Below are positions 18,413 to 20,000 of a DNA stretch of 20,000 nt, one piece after another. Below the pieces are notes generated by a model. That model was not told where the DNA came from. It saw nothing but the letters and a program-made list of their open reading frames with translations, and ran no database searches. The stretch is from Pseudomonadota bacterium (GTDB taxonomy: Bacteria > Pseudomonadota > Alphaproteobacteria > Paracaedibacterales > CAIOTO01). Within the stretch, counting starts at the first letter, position 1, and the number at the start of each line of letters is the position of its first letter. Location of the stretch: the NCBI GenBank assembly GCA_040387495.1, contig JAZKDQ010000009.1:52465-72464 (forward strand). Reading direction: 5' to 3'. The position numbers and the translations under genes were made by a program.

Positions 18413-18522
18413 TTGAGGTTAAACAGCGCGTTTTCGTTAAAGATAAAATTAACCTAAAATTAAATATATATGAATAATTTCAAGTTAGAACATCCCATCG
18501 TTTCTCTTGAAAGGTCCACATT

Positions 18523-19657
18523 ATGAAGTATATATCCACACATCTTTGCGCATTATTAATTCTGACTGGTTTTTGCTCTGCCTCTTCTGCTATGCAAAAA
18601 GACGTTGTTGAAGATCTAACAGTCAGTCTTGCAGAAACTTCCTTAACGCCCGTCTCAACACGCACGGAAGAAGAGCAAGTAAAACTTAATAACGATTTAT
18701 ATACAGCGTGCAAGGGAGCCGACCCTGTGGTGGAAGGACAGCCTCGAGTTGTCGATCTATCACGTGTGACAGAACTGCTTGATCAAGGCGCAGACATAAA
18801 TACGCGGGGAATAGGATTTAATACTCCACTGCACGTAGCATGTTCTTCTGGTTTCGAAAATCTTGTGGACGTATTACTTGGTTACAATAACATTAGGATT
18901 GACGCCCAAAACGATAAACGTTTTTCAGCATTGTATATGGCAAGTGGAAATGGCTTTGAAGGTATTGTTCGAAAATTACTTGGTAAGGGTGCAAATCCAG
19001 AACTCCAAGATGTGAATGGAATCTCGGCTCTCCATTCGGCGGTTCAATTTAATCGTTTAGGTACAGCTACGTTATTAATTGATGCTGGTGCAATTGTTGA
19101 TTCCCCAAATAATGAAGGCGTAAGACCCATACATACAGCACTTCATGCTGAACCTTTAAACCTCGATCTTGATCAATTGTTGCTCAGTAATAAATCGGAT
19201 TTAAGTAAACCAGATGATACAAGCGTGACACCACTCAACATTATATTCACTTCTAAAAACATAGATTTGCACTTATTGATCATTAACGCCGATGTAAATG
19301 AAGACGTTAGAAGGGCATTTGAGCCATTCCTTTTATATGCAATGTTCTGTGTAAATAAAGATATACGTATCTCCCAGGCACTGCTCGCATATTGTGCTTA
19401 AAAATGGCTGGACGCCACTCCATTTTGCATGTGGCATGGGCTGCATGGATATTGCCGAGTTCTTGATACGTGAAGGTGCTGATTTACAAGCTGAATCAAT
19501 GCCCGATAATAAAGAGATAATACGTACACCGCTGGAGTGCATTACAAAACCTGAGCATACGAAACATTTGCTTGGTGTTGTAGCTAGATTGCGTACTGGT
19601 AGAAATGCAGAAGGTGTAAGTAATGCTGTTGATGACGGTGACCAAGTGACACTTTAA
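18523..19657 (+). pseudogene. secreted ankyrin-repeat protein interrupted near 19400
   Basis: Signal peptide and repeats TPLHVAC, SALYMAS, SALHSAV and RPIHTAL. TAA at 19399-19401, then NGWTPLHFAC continues in another frame (19394-19657). Confidence 0.8.
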
Positions 19658-19691
19658 TGTTCACCATAATATCAAAAGGATAATGACACGG

Positions 19692-19722
19692 ATGGGGGGA
19701 GTGATTCATCGCCCTCCCTCAT
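19692..19722. terminator. imperfect GC-rich hairpin after the ankyrin gene
   Basis: ATGGGGGGAGTGAT-TC-ATCGCCCTCCCTCAT; no clear U-tract. Confidence 0.35.
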
Positions 19723-19864
19723 TCGTGATCGTTCTAAAATCTTTGATGATTAAAACCAGGAATTTCATCTGCAATGGGTATAAGTCTGAAAGAAATGGTA
19801 TATAATTACTTTCATAAATTAAATTACGTGGTAAACCCAACGCATTTAGAGAAAGAAATCACCT

Positions 19865-19978
19865 ATGTTTAAGCTTAATAGTAATGCGCTTAGAATGGTC
19901 TTTTTAGTGTCATCGATTGTGGTGATAAGTAACGGTTATGCAACAATGTATCTGGTAATTAAGCTTATAAAGGAGTAG
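19865..19978 (+). pseudogene. signal-peptide-only 37-aa ORF, possible remnant of a secreted-protein gene
   Basis: Manual translation MFKLNSNALRMVFLVSSIVVISNGYA-TMYLVIKLIKE*; the window ends just after. Confidence 0.3.
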
Positions 19979-20000
19979 CTATTCTTTATAGGCTGGAAGA

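Noticed and set aside
12094..19542. Short nested or antisense ORFs within the hypothetical genes
   Set aside because: They are overlapped by longer ORFs with signal peptides and RBSs and have no independent support.

Overview
The window looks like a host-associated alphaproteobacterium. A Holosporales/Paracaedibacter-like protist endosymbiont is inferred from the many orphan signal-peptide proteins, the ankyrin and LRR genes and the alphaproteobacterial DUF2155 gene. Left end: the F1 ATP synthase genes atpH-atpA-atpG on the minus strand, split between atpH and atpA by an antisense BspA-type LRR gene. 4.2-8.45 kb: a visibly AT-rich acyl-homoserine-lactone quorum-sensing island. It holds a 66-aa ORF, a LuxR with only the ligand-binding domain, a full LuxR, a convergent luxI, two near-identical 20-bp lux-box-like palindromes facing opposite ways, and a frameshifted PAS histidine kinase. 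Next come zapE, a D-Ala-D-Ala carboxypeptidase, an 8-Cys secreted mini-protein and aroK. The rest is a run of putative secreted effectors, including a Tgl/transglutaminase-like protein and a broken ankyrin gene. The main candidate novel system is the quorum-sensing island with its HTH-less LuxR and twin boxes. All assignments come from motif recognition by eye; no searches were run.
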